Part shown: one piece after another, positions 12,301 through 27,300 of the stretch
Position numbering within the stretch: the stretch's first letter is position 1
Layout: the number at the start of each line of letters is the position of its first letter
Assembly (NCBI RefSeq): GCF_006345805.1
Contig: NC_043009.1
Location: 16,678,001 to 16,742,000, forward strand
Direction: 5' to 3'
DNA length: 64,000 nt
Origin: Octopus sinensis
Taxonomy: Eukaryota
The notes under the pieces: model-generated
The model's database searches: none
Seen by the model: only the letters and a program-made list of their open reading frames with translations
Told to the model about the DNA's origin: nothing
Translations under genes and position numbers: made by a program

Positions 12301-15300
12301 AGCACTGGCATCAACAATGCTCAAATGAAGCTTTTTACGTGCCACTGGTACGTACGATGCCAGTCAGGCAGCACTGGCATCAACCATGCTCAAATGAAGC
12401 TTTTTACGTGCCACTGGTACGTACGATGCCAGTCAGGCAGCACTGGCATCAACATGCTCAAATGAAGCTTTTTACGTGCCACTGGTACGTACGATGCCAG
12501 TCAGGCAGCACTGGCATCAACATGCTCAAATGAAGCTTTTTACGTGCCACTGGTACGTACGATGCCAGTCAGGCAGCACTGGCATCAACAATGCTCAAAT
12601 GAAGCTTTTTACGTGCCACTGGTACGTACGATGCCAGTCAGGCAGCACTGGCATCAACCATGCTCAAATGAAGCTTTTTACGTGCCACTGGTACGTACGA
12701 TGCCAGTCAGGCAGCACTGGCATCAACCATGCTCAAATGAAGCTTTTTACGTGCCACTGGTACGTACGATGCCAGTCAGGCAGCACTGGCATCAACATGC
12801 TCAAATGAAGCTTTTTACGTGCCACTGGTACGTACGATGCCAGTCAGGCAGCACTGGCATCAACCATGCTCAAATGAAGCTTTTTACGTGCCACTGGTAC
12901 GTACGATGCCAGTCAGGCAGCACTGGCATCAACCATGCTCAAATGAAGCTTTTTACGTGCCACTGGTACGTACGATGCCAGTCAGGCAGCACTGGCATCA
13001 ACCATGCTCAAATGAAGCTTTTTACGTGCCACTGGTACGTACGATGCCAGTCAGGCAGCACTGGCATCAACAATGCTCAAATGAAGCTTTTTACGTGCCA
13101 CTGGTACGTACGATGCCAGTCAGGCAGCACTGGCATCAACCATGCTCAAATGAAGCTTTTTACGTGCCACTGGTACGTACGATGCCAGTCAGGCAGCACT
13201 GGCATCAACCATGCTCAAATGAAGCTTTTTACGTGCCACTGGTACGTACGATGCCAGTCAGGCAGCACTGGCATCAACCATGCTCAAATGAAGCTTTTTA
13301 CGTGCCACTGGTACGTACGATGCCAGTCAGGCAGCACTGGCATCAACCATGCTCAAATGAAGCTTTTTACGTGCCACTGGTACGTACGATGCCAGTCAGG
13401 CAGCACTGGCATCAACCATGCTCAAATGAAGCTTTTTACGTGCCACTGGTACGTACGATGCCAGTCAGGCAGCACTGGCATCAACCATGCTCAAATGAAG
13501 CTTTTTACGTGCCACTGGTACGTACGATGCCAGTCAGGCAGCACTGGCATCAACCATGCTCAAATGAAGCTTTTTACGTGCCACTGGTACGTACGATGCC
13601 AGTCAGGCAGCACTGGCATCAACCATGCTCAAATGAAGCTTTTTACGTGCCACTGGTACGTACGATGCCAGTCAGGCAGCACTGGCATCAACCATGCTCA
13701 AATGAAGCTTTTTACGTGCCACTGGTACGTACGATGCCAGTCAGGCAGCACTGGCATCAACAATGCTCAAATGAAGCTTTTTACGTGCCACTGGTACGTA
13801 CGATGCCAGTCAGGCAGCACTGGCATCAACAATGCTCAAATGAAGCTTTTTACGTGCCACTGGTACGTACGATGCCAGTCAGGCAGCACTGGCATCAACC
13901 ATGCTCAAATGAAGCTTTTTACGTGCCACTGGTACGTACGATGCCAGTCAGGCAGCACTGGCATCAACCATGCTCAAATGAAGCTTTTTACGTGCCACTG
14001 GTACGTACGATGCCAGTCAGGCAGCACTGGCATCAACCATGCTCAAATGAAGCTTTTTACGTGCCACTGGTACGTACGATGCCAGTCAGGCAGCACTGGC
14101 ATCAACCATGCTCAAATGAAGCTTTTTACGTGCCACTGGTACGTACGATGCCAGTCAGGCAGCACTGGCATCAACCATGCTCAAATGAAGCTTTTTACGT
14201 GCCACTGGTACGTACGATGCCAGTCAGGCAGCACTGGCATCAACAATGCTCAAATGAAGCTTTTTACGTGCCACTGGTACGTACGATGCCAGTCAGGCAG
14301 CACTGGCATCAACCATGCTCAAATGAAGCTTTTTACGTGCCACTGGTACGTACGATGCCAGTCAGGCAGCACTGGCATCAACCATGCTCAAATGAAGCTT
14401 TTTACGTGCCACTGGTACGTACGATGCCAGTCAGGCAGCACTGGCATCAACCATGCTCAAATGAAGCTTTTTACGTGCCACTGGTACGTACGATGCCAGT
14501 CAGGCAGCACTGGCATCAACCATGCTCAAATGAAGCTTTTTACGTGCCACTGGTACGTACGATGCCAGTCAGGCAGCACTGGCATCAACAATGCTCAAAT
14601 GAAGCTTTTTACGTGCCACTGGTACGTACGATGCCAGTCAGGCAGCACTGGCATCAACCATGCTCAAATGAAGCTTTTTACGTGCCACTGGTACGTACGA
14701 TGCCAGTCAGGCAGCACTGGCATCAACAATGCTCAAATGAAGCTTTTTACGTGCCACTGGTACGTACGATGCCAGTCAGGCAGCACTGGCATCAACAATG
14801 CTCAAATGAAGCTTTTTACGTGCCACTGGTACGTACGATGCCAGTCAGGCAGCACTGGCATCAACCATGCTCAAATGAAGCTTTTTACGTGCCACTGGTA
14901 CGTACGATGCCAGTCAGGCAGCACTGGCATCAACCATGCTCAAATGAAGCTTTTTACGTGCCACTGGTACGTACGATGCCAGTCAGGCAGCACTGGCATC
15001 AACAATGCTCAAATGAAGCTTTTTACGTGCCACTGGTACGTACGATGCCAGTCAGGCAGCACTGGCATCAACCATGCTCAAATGAAGCTTTTTACGTGCC
15101 ACTGGTACGTACGATGCCAGTCAGGCAGCACTGGCATCAACAATGCTCAAATGAAGCTTTTTACGTGCCACTGGTACGTACGATGCCAGTCAGGCAGCAC
15201 TGGCATCAACCATGCTCAAATGAAGCTTTTTACGTGCCACTGGTACGTACGATGCCAGTCAGGCAGCACTGGCATCAACAATGCTCAAATGAAGCTTTTT

Positions 15301-18300
15301 ACGTGCCACTGGTACGTACGATGCCAGTCAGGCAGCACTGGCATCAACAATGCTCAAATGAAGCTTTTTACGTGCCACTGGTACGTACGATGCCAGTCAG
15401 GCAGCACTGGCATCAACCATGCTCAAATGAAGCTTTTTACGTGCCACTGGTACGTACGATGCCAGTCAGGCAGCACTGGCATCAACAATGCTCAAATGAA
15501 GCTTTTTACGTGCCACTGGTACGTACGATGCCAGTCAGGCAGCACTGGCATCAACCATGCTCAAATGAAGCTTTTTACGTGCCACTGGTACGTACGATGC
15601 CAGTCAGGCAGCACTGGCATCAACCATGCTCAAATGAAGCTTTTTACGTGCCACTGGTACGTACGATGCCAGTCAGGCAGCACTGGCATCAACCATGCTC
15701 AAATGAAGCTTTTTACGTGCCACTGGTACGTACGATGCCAGTCAGGCAGCACTGGCATCAACCATGCTCAAATGAAGCTTTTTACGTGCCACTGGTACGT
15801 ACGATGCCAGTCAGGCAGCACTGGCATCAACCATGCTCAAATGAAGCTTTTTACGTGCCACTGGTACGTACGATGCCAGTCAGGCAGCACTGGCATCAAC
15901 ATGCTCAAATGAAGCTTTTTACGTGCCACTGGTACGTACGATGCCAGTCAGGCAGCACTGGCATCAACCATGCTCAAATGAAGCTTTTTACGTGCCACTG
16001 GTACGTACGATGCCAGTCAGGCAGCACTGGCATCAACCATGCTCAAATGAAGCTTTTTACGTGCCACTGGTACGTACGATGCCAGTCAGGCAGCACTGGC
16101 ATCAACCATGCTCAAATGAAGCTTTTTACGTGCCACTGGTACGTACGATGCCAGTCAGGCAGCACTGGCATCAACAATGCTCAAATGAAGCTTTTTACGT
16201 GCCACTGGTACGTACGATGCCAGTCAGGCAGCACTGGCATCAACATGCTCAAATGAAGCTTTTTACGTGCCACTGGTACGTACGATGCCAGTCAGGCAGC
16301 ACTGGCATCAACCATGCTCAAATGAAGCTTTTTACGTGCCACTGGTACGTACGATGCCAGTCAGGCAGCACTGGCATCAACAATGCTCAAATGAAGCTTT
16401 TTACGTGCCACTGGTACGTACGATGCCAGTCAGGCAGCACTGGCATCAACCATGCTCAAATGAAGCTTTTTACGTGCCACTGGTACGTACGATGCCAGTC
16501 AGGCAGCACTGGCATCAACCATGCTCAAATGAAGCTTTTTACGTGCCACTGGTACGTACGATGCCAGTCAGGCAGCACTGGCATCAACAATGCTCAAATG
16601 AAGCTTTTTACGTGCCACTGGTACGTACGATGCCAGTCAGGCAGCACTGGCATCAACATGCTCAAATGAAGCTTTTTACGTGCCACTGGTACGTACGATG
16701 CCAGTCAGGCAGCACTGGCATCAACCATGCTCAAATGAAGCTTTTTACGTGCCACTGGTACGTACGATGCCAGTCAGGCAGCACTGGCATCAACCATGCT
16801 CAAATGAAGCTTTTTACGTGCCACTGGTACGTACGATGCCAGTCAGGCAGCACTGGCATCAACCATGCTCAAATGAAGCTTTTTACGTGCCACTGGTACG
16901 TACGATGCCAGTCAGGCAGCACTGGCATCAACCATGCTCAAATGAAGCTTTTTACGTGCCACTGGTACGTACGATGCCAGTCAGGCAGCACTGGCATCAA
17001 CCATGCTCAAATGAAGCTTTTTACGTGCCACTGGTACGTACGATGCCAGTCAGGCAGCACTGGCATCAACAATGCTCAAATGAAGCTTTTTACGTGCCAC
17101 TGGTACGTACGATGCCAGTCAGGCAGCACTGGCATCAACCATGCTCAAATGAAGCTTTTTACGTGCCACTGGTACGTACGATGCCAGTCAGGCAGCACTG
17201 GCATCAACATGCTCAAATGAAGCTTTTTACGTGCCACTGGTACGTACGATGCCAGTCAGGCAGCACTGGCATCAACCATGCTCAAATGAAGCTTTTTACG
17301 TGCCACTGGTACGTACGATGCCAGTCAGGCAGCACTGGCATCAACCATGCTCAAATGAAGCTTTTTACGTGCCACTGGTACGTACGATGCCAGTCAGGCA
17401 GCACTGGCATCAACCATGCTCAAATGAAGCTTTTTACGTGCCACTGGTACGTACGATGCCAGTCAGGCAGCACTGGCATCAACCATGCTCAAATGAAGCT
17501 TTTTACGTGCCACTGGTACGTACGATGCCAGTCAGGCAGCACTGGCATCAACATGCTCAAATGAAGCTTTTTACGTGCCACTGGTACGTACGATGCCAGT
17601 CAGGCAGCACTGGCATCAACCATGCTCAAATGAAGCTTTTTACGTGCCACTGGTACGTACGATGCCAGTCAGGCAGCACTGGCATCAACCATGCTCAAAT
17701 GAAGCTTTTTACGTGCCACTGGTACGTACGATGCCAGTCAGGCAGCACTGGCATCAACAATGCTCAAATGAAGCTTTTTACGTGCCACTGGTACGTACGA
17801 TGCCAGTCAGGCAGCACTGGCATCAACATGCTCAAATGAAGCTTTTTACGTGCCACTGGTACGTACGATGCCAGTCAGGCAGCACTGGCATCAACCATGC
17901 TCAAATGAAGCTTTTTACGTGCCACTGGTACGTACGATGCCAGTCAGGCAGCACTGGCATCAACCATGCTCAAATGAAGCTTTTTACGTGCCACTGGTAC
18001 GTACGATGCCAGTCAGGCAGCACTGGCATCAACCATGCTCAAATGAAGCTTTTTACGTGCCACTGGTACGTACGATGCCAGTCAGGCAGCACTGGCATCA
18101 ACCATGCTCAAATGAAGCTTTTTACGTGCCACTGGTACGTACGATGCCAGTCAGGCAGCACTGGCATCAACCATGCTCAAATGAAGCTTTTTACGTGCCA
18201 CTGGTACGTACGATGCCAGTCAGGCAGCACTGGCATCAACCATGCTCAAATGAAGCTTTTTACGTGCCACTGGTACGTACGATGCCAGTCAGGCAGCACT

Positions 18301-21300
18301 GGCATCAACCATGCTCAAATGAAGCTTTTTACGTGCCACTGGTACGTACGATGCCAGTCAGGCAGCACTGGCATCAACCATGCTCAAATGAAGCTTTTTA
18401 CGTGCCACTGGTACGTACGATGCCAGTCAGGCAGCACTGGCATCAACCATGCTCAAATGAAGCTTTTTACGTGCCACTGGTACGTACGATGCCAGTCAGG
18501 CAGCACTGGCATCAACCATGCTCAAATGAAGCTTTTTACGTGCCACTGGTACGTACGATGCCAGTCAGGCAGCACTGGCATCAACCATGCTCAAATGAAG
18601 CTTTTTACGTGCCACTGGTACGTACGATGCCAGTCAGGCAGCACTGGCATCAACAATGCTCAAATGAAGCTTTTTACGTGCCACTGGTACGTACGATGCC
18701 AGTCAGGCAGCACTGGCATCAACAATGCTCAAATGAAGCTTTTTACGTGCCACTGGTACGTACGATGCCAGTCAGGCAGCACTGGCATCAACCATGCTCA
18801 AATGAAGCTTTTTACGTGCCACTGGTACGTACGATGCCAGTCAGGCAGCACTGGCATCAACCATGCTCAAATGAAGCTTTTTACGTGCCACTGGTACGTA
18901 CGATGCCAGTCAGGCAGCACTGGCATCAACCATGCTCAAATGAAGCTTTTTACGTGCCACTGGTACGTACGATGCCAGTCAGGCAGCACTGGCATCAACC
19001 ATGCTCAAATGAAGCTTTTTACGTGCCACTGGTACGTACGATGCCAGTCAGGCAGCACTGGCATCAACATGCTCAAATGAAGCTTTTTACGTGCCACTGG
19101 TACGTACGATGCCAGTCAGGCAGCACTGGCATCAACCATGCTCAAATGAAGCTTTTTACGTGCCACTGGTACGTACGATGCCAGTCAGGCAGCACTGGCA
19201 TCAACCATGCTCAAATGAAGCTTTTTACGTGCCACTGGTACGTACGATGCCAGTCAGGCAGCACTGGCATCAACCATGCTCAAATGAAGCTTTTTACGTG
19301 CCACTGGTACGTACGATGCCAGTCAGGCAGCACTGGCATCAACCATGCTCAAATGAAGCTTTTTACGTGCCACTGGTACGTACGATGCCAGTCAGGCAGC
19401 ACTGGCATCAACCATGCTCAAATGAAGCTTTTTACGTGCCACTGGTACGTACGATGCCAGTCAGGCAGCACTGGCATCAACCATGCTCAAATGAAGCTTT
19501 TTACGTGCCACTGGTACGTACGATGCCAGTCAGGCAGCACTGGCATCAACCATGCTCAAATGAAGCTTTTTACGTGCCACTGGTACGTACGATGCCAGTC
19601 AGGCAGCACTGGCATCAACCATGCTCAAATGAAGCTTTTTACGTGCCACTGGTACGTACGATGCCAGTCAGGCAGCACTGGCATCAACCATGCTCAAATG
19701 AAGCTTTTTACGTGCCACTGGTACGTACGATGCCAGTCAGGCAGCACTGGCATCAACCATGCTCAAATGAAGCTTTTTACGTGCCACTGGTACGTACGAT
19801 GCCAGTCAGGCAGCACTGGCATCAACCATGCTCAAATGAAGCTTTTTACGTGCCACTGGTACGTACGATGCCAGTCAGGCAGCACTGGCATCAACCATGC
19901 TCAAATGAAGCTTTTTACGTGCCACTGGTACGTACGATGCCAGTCAGGCAGCACTGGCATCAACCATGCTCAAATGAAGCTTTTTACGTGCCACTGGTAC
20001 GTACGATGCCAGTCAGGCAGCACTGGCATCAACCATGCTCAAATGAAGCTTTTTACGTGCCACTGGTACGTACGATGCCAGTCAGGCAGCACTGGCATCA
20101 ACCATGCTCAAATGAAGCTTTTTACGTGCCACTGGTACGTACGATGCCAGTCAGGCAGCACTGGCATCAACAATGCTCAAATGAAGCTTTTTACGTGCCA
20201 CTGGTACGTACGATGCCAGTCAGGCAGCACTGGCATCAACCATGCTCAAATGAAGCTTTTTACGTGCCACTGGTACGTACGATGCCAGTCAGGCAGCACT
20301 GGCATCAACCATGCTCAAATGAAGCTTTTTACGTGCCACTGGTACGTACGATGCCAGTCAGGCAGCACTGGCATCAACCATGCTCAAATGAAGCTTTTTA
20401 CGTGCCACTGGTACGTACGATGCCAGTCAGGCAGCACTGGCATCAACCATGCTCAAATGAAGCTTTTTACGTGCCACTGGTACGTACGATGCCAGTCAGG
20501 CAGCACTGGCATCAACCATGCTCAAATGAAGCTTTTTACGTGCCACTGGTACGTACGATGCCAGTCAGGCAGCACTGGCATCAACCATGCTCAAATGAAG
20601 CTTTTTACGTGCCACTGGTACGTACGATGCCAGTCAGGCAGCACTGGCATCAACAATGCTCAAATGAAGCTTTTTACGTGCCACTGGTACGTACGATGCC
20701 AGTCAGGCAGCACTGGCATCAACCATGCTCAAATGAAGCTTTTTACGTGCCACTGGTACGTACGATGCCAGTCAGGCAGCACTGGCATCAACAATGCTCA
20801 AATGAAGCTTTTTACGTGCCACTGGTACGTACGATGCCAGTCAGGCAGCACTGGCATCAACAATGCTCAAATGAAGCTTTTTACGTGCCACTGGTACGTA
20901 CGATGCCAGTCAGGCAGCACTGGCATCAACCATGCTCAAATGAAGCTTTTTACGTGCCACTGGTACGTACGATGCCAGTCAGGCAGCACTGGCATCAACA
21001 TGCTCAAATGAAGCTTTTTACGTGCCACTGGTACGTACGATGCCAGTCAGGCAGCACTGGCATCAACCATGCTCAAATGAAGCTTTTTACGTGCCACTGG
21101 TACGTACGATGCCAGTCAGGCAGCACTGGCATCAACCATGCTCAAATGAAGCTTTTTACGTGCCACTGGTACGTACGATGCCAGTCAGGCAGCACTGGCA
21201 TCAACCATGCTCAAATGAAGCTTTTTACGTGCCACTGGTACGTACGATGCCAGTCAGGCAGCACTGGCATCAACCATGCTCAAATGAAGCTTTTTACGTG

Positions 21301-24300
21301 CCACTGGTACGTACGATGCCAGTCAGGCAGCACTGGCATCAACCATGCTCAAATGAAGCTTTTTACGTGCCACTGGTACGTACGATGCCAGTCAGGCAGC
21401 ACTGGCATCAACCATGCTCAAATGAAGCTTTTTACGTGCCACTGGTACGTACGATGCCAGTCAGGCAGCACTGGCATCAACCATGCTCAAATGAAGCTTT
21501 TTACGTGCCACTGGTACGTACGATGCCAGTCAGGCAGCACTGGCATCAACAATGCTCAAATGAAGCTTTTTACGTGCCACTGGTACGTACGATGCCAGTC
21601 AGGCAGCACTGGCATCAACAATGCTCAAATGAAGCTTTTTACGTGCCACTGGTACGTACGATGCCAGTCAGGCAGCACTGGCATCAACCATGCTCAAATG
21701 AAGCTTTTTACGTGCCACTGGTACGTACGATGCCAGTCAGGCAGCACTGGCATCAACCATGCTCAAATGAAGCTTTTTACGTGCCACTGGTACGTACGAT
21801 GCCAGTCAGGCAGCACTGGCATCAACCATGCTCAAATGAAGCTTTTTACGTGCCACTGGTACGTACGATGCCAGTCAGGCAGCACTGGCATCAACCATGC
21901 TCAAATGAAGCTTTTTACGTGCCACTGGTACGTACGATGCCAGTCAGGCAGCACTGGCATCAACAATGCTCAAATGAAGCTTTTTACGTGCCACTGGTAC
22001 GTACGATGCCAGTCAGGCAGCACTGGCATCAACAATGCTCAAATGAAGCTTTTTACGTGCCACTGGTACGTACGATGCCAGTCAGGCAGCACTGGCATCA
22101 ACCATGCTCAAATGAAGCTTTTTACGTGCCACTGGTACGTACGATGCCAGTCAGGCAGCACTGGCATCAACCATGCTCAAATGAAGCTTTTTACGTGCCA
22201 CTGGTACGTACGATGCCAGTCAGGCAGCACTGGCATCAACCATGCTCAAATGAAGCTTTTTACGTGCCACTGGTACGTACGATGCCAGTCAGGCAGCACT
22301 GGCATCAACCATGCTCAAATGAAGCTTTTTACGTGCCACTGGTACGTACGATGCCAGTCAGGCAGCACTGGCATCAACCATGCTCAAATGAAGCTTTTTA
22401 CGTGCCACTGGTACGTACGATGCCAGTCAGGCAGCACTGGCATCAACAATGCTCAAATGAAGCTTTTTACGTGCCACTGGTACGTACGATGCCAGTCAGG
22501 CAGCACTGGCATCAACCATGCTCAAATGAAGCTTTTTACGTGCCACTGGTACGTACGATGCCAGTCAGGCAGCACTGGCATCAACCATGCTCAAATGAAG
22601 CTTTTTACGTGCCACTGGTACGTACGATGCCAGTCAGGCAGCACTGGCATCAACCATGCTCAAATGAAGCTTTTTACGTGCCACTGGTACGTACGATGCC
22701 AGTCAGGCAGCACTGGCATCAACCATGCTCAAATGAAGCTTTTTACGTGCCACTGGTACGTACGATGCCAGTCAGGCAGCACTGGCATCAACCATGCTCA
22801 AATGAAGCTTTTTACGTGCCACTGGTACGTACGATGCCAGTCAGGCAGCACTGGCATCAACATGCTCAAATGAAGCTTTTTACGTGCCACTGGTACGTAC
22901 GATGCCAGTCAGGCAGCACTGGCATCAACCATGCTCAAATGAAGCTTTTTACGTGCCACTGGTACGTACGATGCCAGTCAGGCAGCACTGGCATCAACCA
23001 TGCTCAAATGAAGCTTTTTACGTGCCACTGGTACGTACGATGCCAGTCAGGCAGCACTGGCATCAACCATGCTCAAATGAAGCTTTTTACGTGCCACTGG
23101 TACGTACGATGCCAGTCAGGCAGCACTGGCATCAACAATGCTCAAATGAAGCTTTTTACGTGCCACTGGTACGTACGATGCCAGTCAGGCAGCACTGGCA
23201 TCAACAATGCTCAAATGAAGCTTTTTACGTGCCACTGGTACGTACGATGCCAGTCAGGCAGCACTGGCATCAACCATGCTCAAATGAAGCTTTTTACGTG
23301 CCACTGGTACGTACGATGCCAGTCAGGCAGCACTGGCATCAACCATGCTCAAATGAAGCTTTTTACGTGCCACTGGTACGTACGATGCCAGTCAGGCAGC
23401 ACTGGCATCAACCATGCTCAAATGAAGCTTTTTACGTGCCACTGGTACGTACGATGCCAGTCAGGCAGCACTGGCATCAACCATGCTCAAATGAAGCTTT
23501 TTACGTGCCACTGGTACGTACGATGCCAGTCAGGCAGCACTGGCATCAACCATGCTCAAATGAAGCTTTTTACGTGCCACTGGTACGTACGATGCCAGTC
23601 AGGCAGCACTGGCATCAACCATGCTCAAATGAAGCTTTTTACGTGCCACTGGTACGTACGATGCCAGTCAGGCAGCACTGGCATCAACCATGCTCAAATG
23701 AAGCTTTTTACGTGCCACTGGTACGTACGATGCCAGTCAGGCAGCACTGGCATCAACAATGCTCAAATGAAGCTTTTTACGTGCCACTGGTACGTACGAT
23801 GCCAGTCAGGCAGCACTGGCATCAACCATGCTCAAATGAAGCTTTTTACGTGCCACTGGTACGTACGATGCCAGTCAGGCAGCACTGGCATCAACCATGC
23901 TCAAATGAAGCTTTTTACGTGCCACTGGTACGTACGATGCCAGTCAGGCAGCACTGGCATCAACCATGCTCAAATGAAGCTTTTTACGTGCCACTGGTAC
24001 GTACGATGCCAGTCAGGCAGCACTGGCATCAACATGCTCAAATGAAGCTTTTTACGTGCCACTGGTACGTACGATGCCAGTCAGGCAGCACTGGCATCAA
24101 CCATGCTCAAATGAAGCTTTTTACGTGCCACTGGTACGTACGATGCCAGTCAGGCAGCACTGGCATCAACAATGCTCAAATGAAGCTTTTTACGTGCCAC
24201 TGGTACGTACGATGCCAGTCAGGCAGCACTGGCATCAACAATGCTCAAATGAAGCTTTTTACGTGCCACTGGTACGTACGATGCCAGTCAGGCAGCACTG

Positions 24301-27300
24301 GCATCAACCATGCTCAAATGAAGCTTTTTACGTGCCACTGGTACGTACGATGCCAGTCAGGCAGCACTGGCATCAACAATGCTCAAATGAAGCTTTTTAC
24401 GTGCCACTGGTACGTACGATGCCAGTCAGGCAGCACTGGCATCAACCATGCTCAAATGAAGCTTTTTACGTGCCACTGGTACGTACGATGCCAGTCAGGC
24501 AGCACTGGCATCAACAATGCTCAAATGAAGCTTTTTACGTGCCACTGGTACGTACGATGCCAGTCAGGCAGCACTGGCATCAACAATGCTCAAATGAAGC
24601 TTTTTACGTGCCACTGGTACGTACGATGCCAGTCAGGCAGCACTGGCATCAACCATGCTCAAATGAAGCTTTTTACGTGCCACTGGTACGTACGATGCCA
24701 GTCAGGCAGCACTGGCATCAACCATGCTCAAATGAAGCTTTTTACGTGCCACTGGTACGTACGATGCCAGTCAGGCAGCACTGGCATCAACCATGCTCAA
24801 ATGAAGCTTTTTACGTGCCACTGGTACGTACGATGCCAGTCAGGCAGCACTGGCATCAACAATGCTCAAATGAAGCTTTTTACGTGCCACTGGTACGTAC
24901 GATGCCAGTCAGGCAGCACTGGCATCAACCATGCTCAAATGAAGCTTTTTACGTGCCACTGGTACGTACGATGCCAGTCAGGCAGCACTGGCATCAACAA
25001 TGCTCAAATGAAGCTTTTTACGTGCCACTGGTACGTACGATGCCAGTCAGGCAGCACTGGCATCAACCATGCTCAAATGAAGCTTTTTACGTGCCACTGG
25101 TACGTACGATGCCAGTCAGGCAGCACTGGCATCAACAATGCTCAAATGAAGCTTTTTACGTGCCACTGGTACGTACGATGCCAGTCAGGCAGCACTGGCA
25201 TCAACATGCTCAAATGAAGCTTTTTACGTGCCACTGGTACGTACGATGCCAGTCAGGCAGCACTGGCATCAACCATGCTCAAATGAAGCTTTTTACGTGC
25301 CACTGGTACGTACGATGCCAGTCAGGCAGCACTGGCATCAACAATGCTCAAATGAAGCTTTTTACGTGCCACTGGTACGTACGATGCCAGTCAGGCAGCA
25401 CTGGCATCAACCATGCTCAAATGAAGCTTTTTACGTGCCACTGGTACGTACGATGCCAGTCAGGCAGCACTGGCATCAACAATGCTCAAATGAAGCTTTT
25501 TACGTGCCACTGGTACGTACGATGCCAGTCAGGCAGCACTGGCATCAACCATGCTCAAATGAAGCTTTTTACGTGCCACTGGTACGTACGATGCCAGTCA
25601 GGCAGCACTGGCATCAACCATGCTCAAATGAAGCTTTTTACGTGCCACTGGTACGTACGATGCCAGTCAGGCAGCACTGGCATCAACCATGCTCAAATGA
25701 AGCTTTTTACGTGCCACTGGTACGTACGATGCCAGTCAGGCAGCACTGGCATCAACCATGCTCAAATGAAGCTTTTTACGTGCCACTGGTACGTACGATG
25801 CCAGTCAGGCAGCACTGGCATCAACCATGCTCAAATGAAGCTTTTTACGTGCCACTGGTACGTACGATGCCAGTCAGGCAGCACTGGCATCAACAATGCT
25901 CAAATGAAGCTTTTTACGTGCCACTGGTACGTACGATGCCAGTCAGGCAGCACTGGCATCAACAATGCTCAAATGAAGCTTTTTACGTGCCACTGGTACG
26001 TACGATGCCAGTCAGGCAGCACTGGCATCAACCATGCTCAAATGAAGCTTTTTACGTGCCACTGGTACGTACGATGCCAGTCAGGCAGCACTGGCATCAA
26101 CAATGCTCAAATGAAGCTTTTTACGTGCCACTGGTACGTACGATGCCAGTCAGGCAGCACTGGCATCAACCATGCTCAAATGAAGCTTTTTACGTGCCAC
26201 TGGTACGTACGATGCCAGTCAGGCAGCACTGGCATCAACCATGCTCAAATGAAGCTTTTTACGTGCCACTGGTACGTACGATGCCAGTCAGGCAGCACTG
26301 GCATCAACAATGCTCAAATGAAGCTTTTTACGTGCCACTGGTACGTACGATGCCAGTCAGGCAGCACTGGCATCAACAATGCTCAAATGAAGCTTTTTAC
26401 GTGCCACTGGTACGTACGATGCCAGTCAGGCAGCACTGGCATCAACCATGCTCAAATGAAGCTTTTTACGTGCCACTGGTACGTACGATGCCAGTCAGGC
26501 AGCACTGGCATCAACCATGCTCAAATGAAGCTTTTTACGTGCCACTGGTACGTACGATGCCAGTCAGGCAGCACTGGCATCAACCATGCTCAAATGAAGC
26601 TTTTTACGTGCCACTGGTACGTACGATGCCAGTCAGGCAGCACTGGCATCAACCATGCTCAAATGAAGCTTTTTACGTGCCACTGGTACGTACGATGCCA
26701 GTCAGGCAGCACTGGCATCAACCATGCTCAAATGAAGCTTTTTACGTGCCACTGGTACGTACGATGCCAGTCAGGCAGCACTGGCATCAACAATGCTCAA
26801 ATGAAGCTTTTTACGTGCCACTGGTACGTACGATGCCAGTCAGGCAGCACTGGCATCAACCATGCTCAAATGAAGCTTTTTACGTGCCACTGGTACGTAC
26901 GATGCCAGTCAGGCAGCACTGGCATCAACCATGCTCAAATGAAGCTTTTTACGTGCCACTGGTACGTACGATGCCAGTCAGGCAGCACTGGCATCAACCA
27001 TGCTCAAATGAAGCTTTTTACGTGCCACTGGTACGTACGATGCCAGTCAGGCAGCACTGGCATCAACCATGCTCAAATGAAGCTTTTTACGTGCCACTGG
27101 TACGTACGATGCCAGTCAGGCAGCACTGGCATCAACCATGCTCAAATGAAGCTTTTTACGTGCCACTGGTACGTACGATGCCAGTCAGGCAGCACTGGCA
27201 TCAACCATGCTCAAATGAAGCTTTTTACGTGCCACTGGTACGTACGATGCCAGTCAGGCAGCACTGGCATCAACAATGCTCAAATGAAGCTTTTTACGTG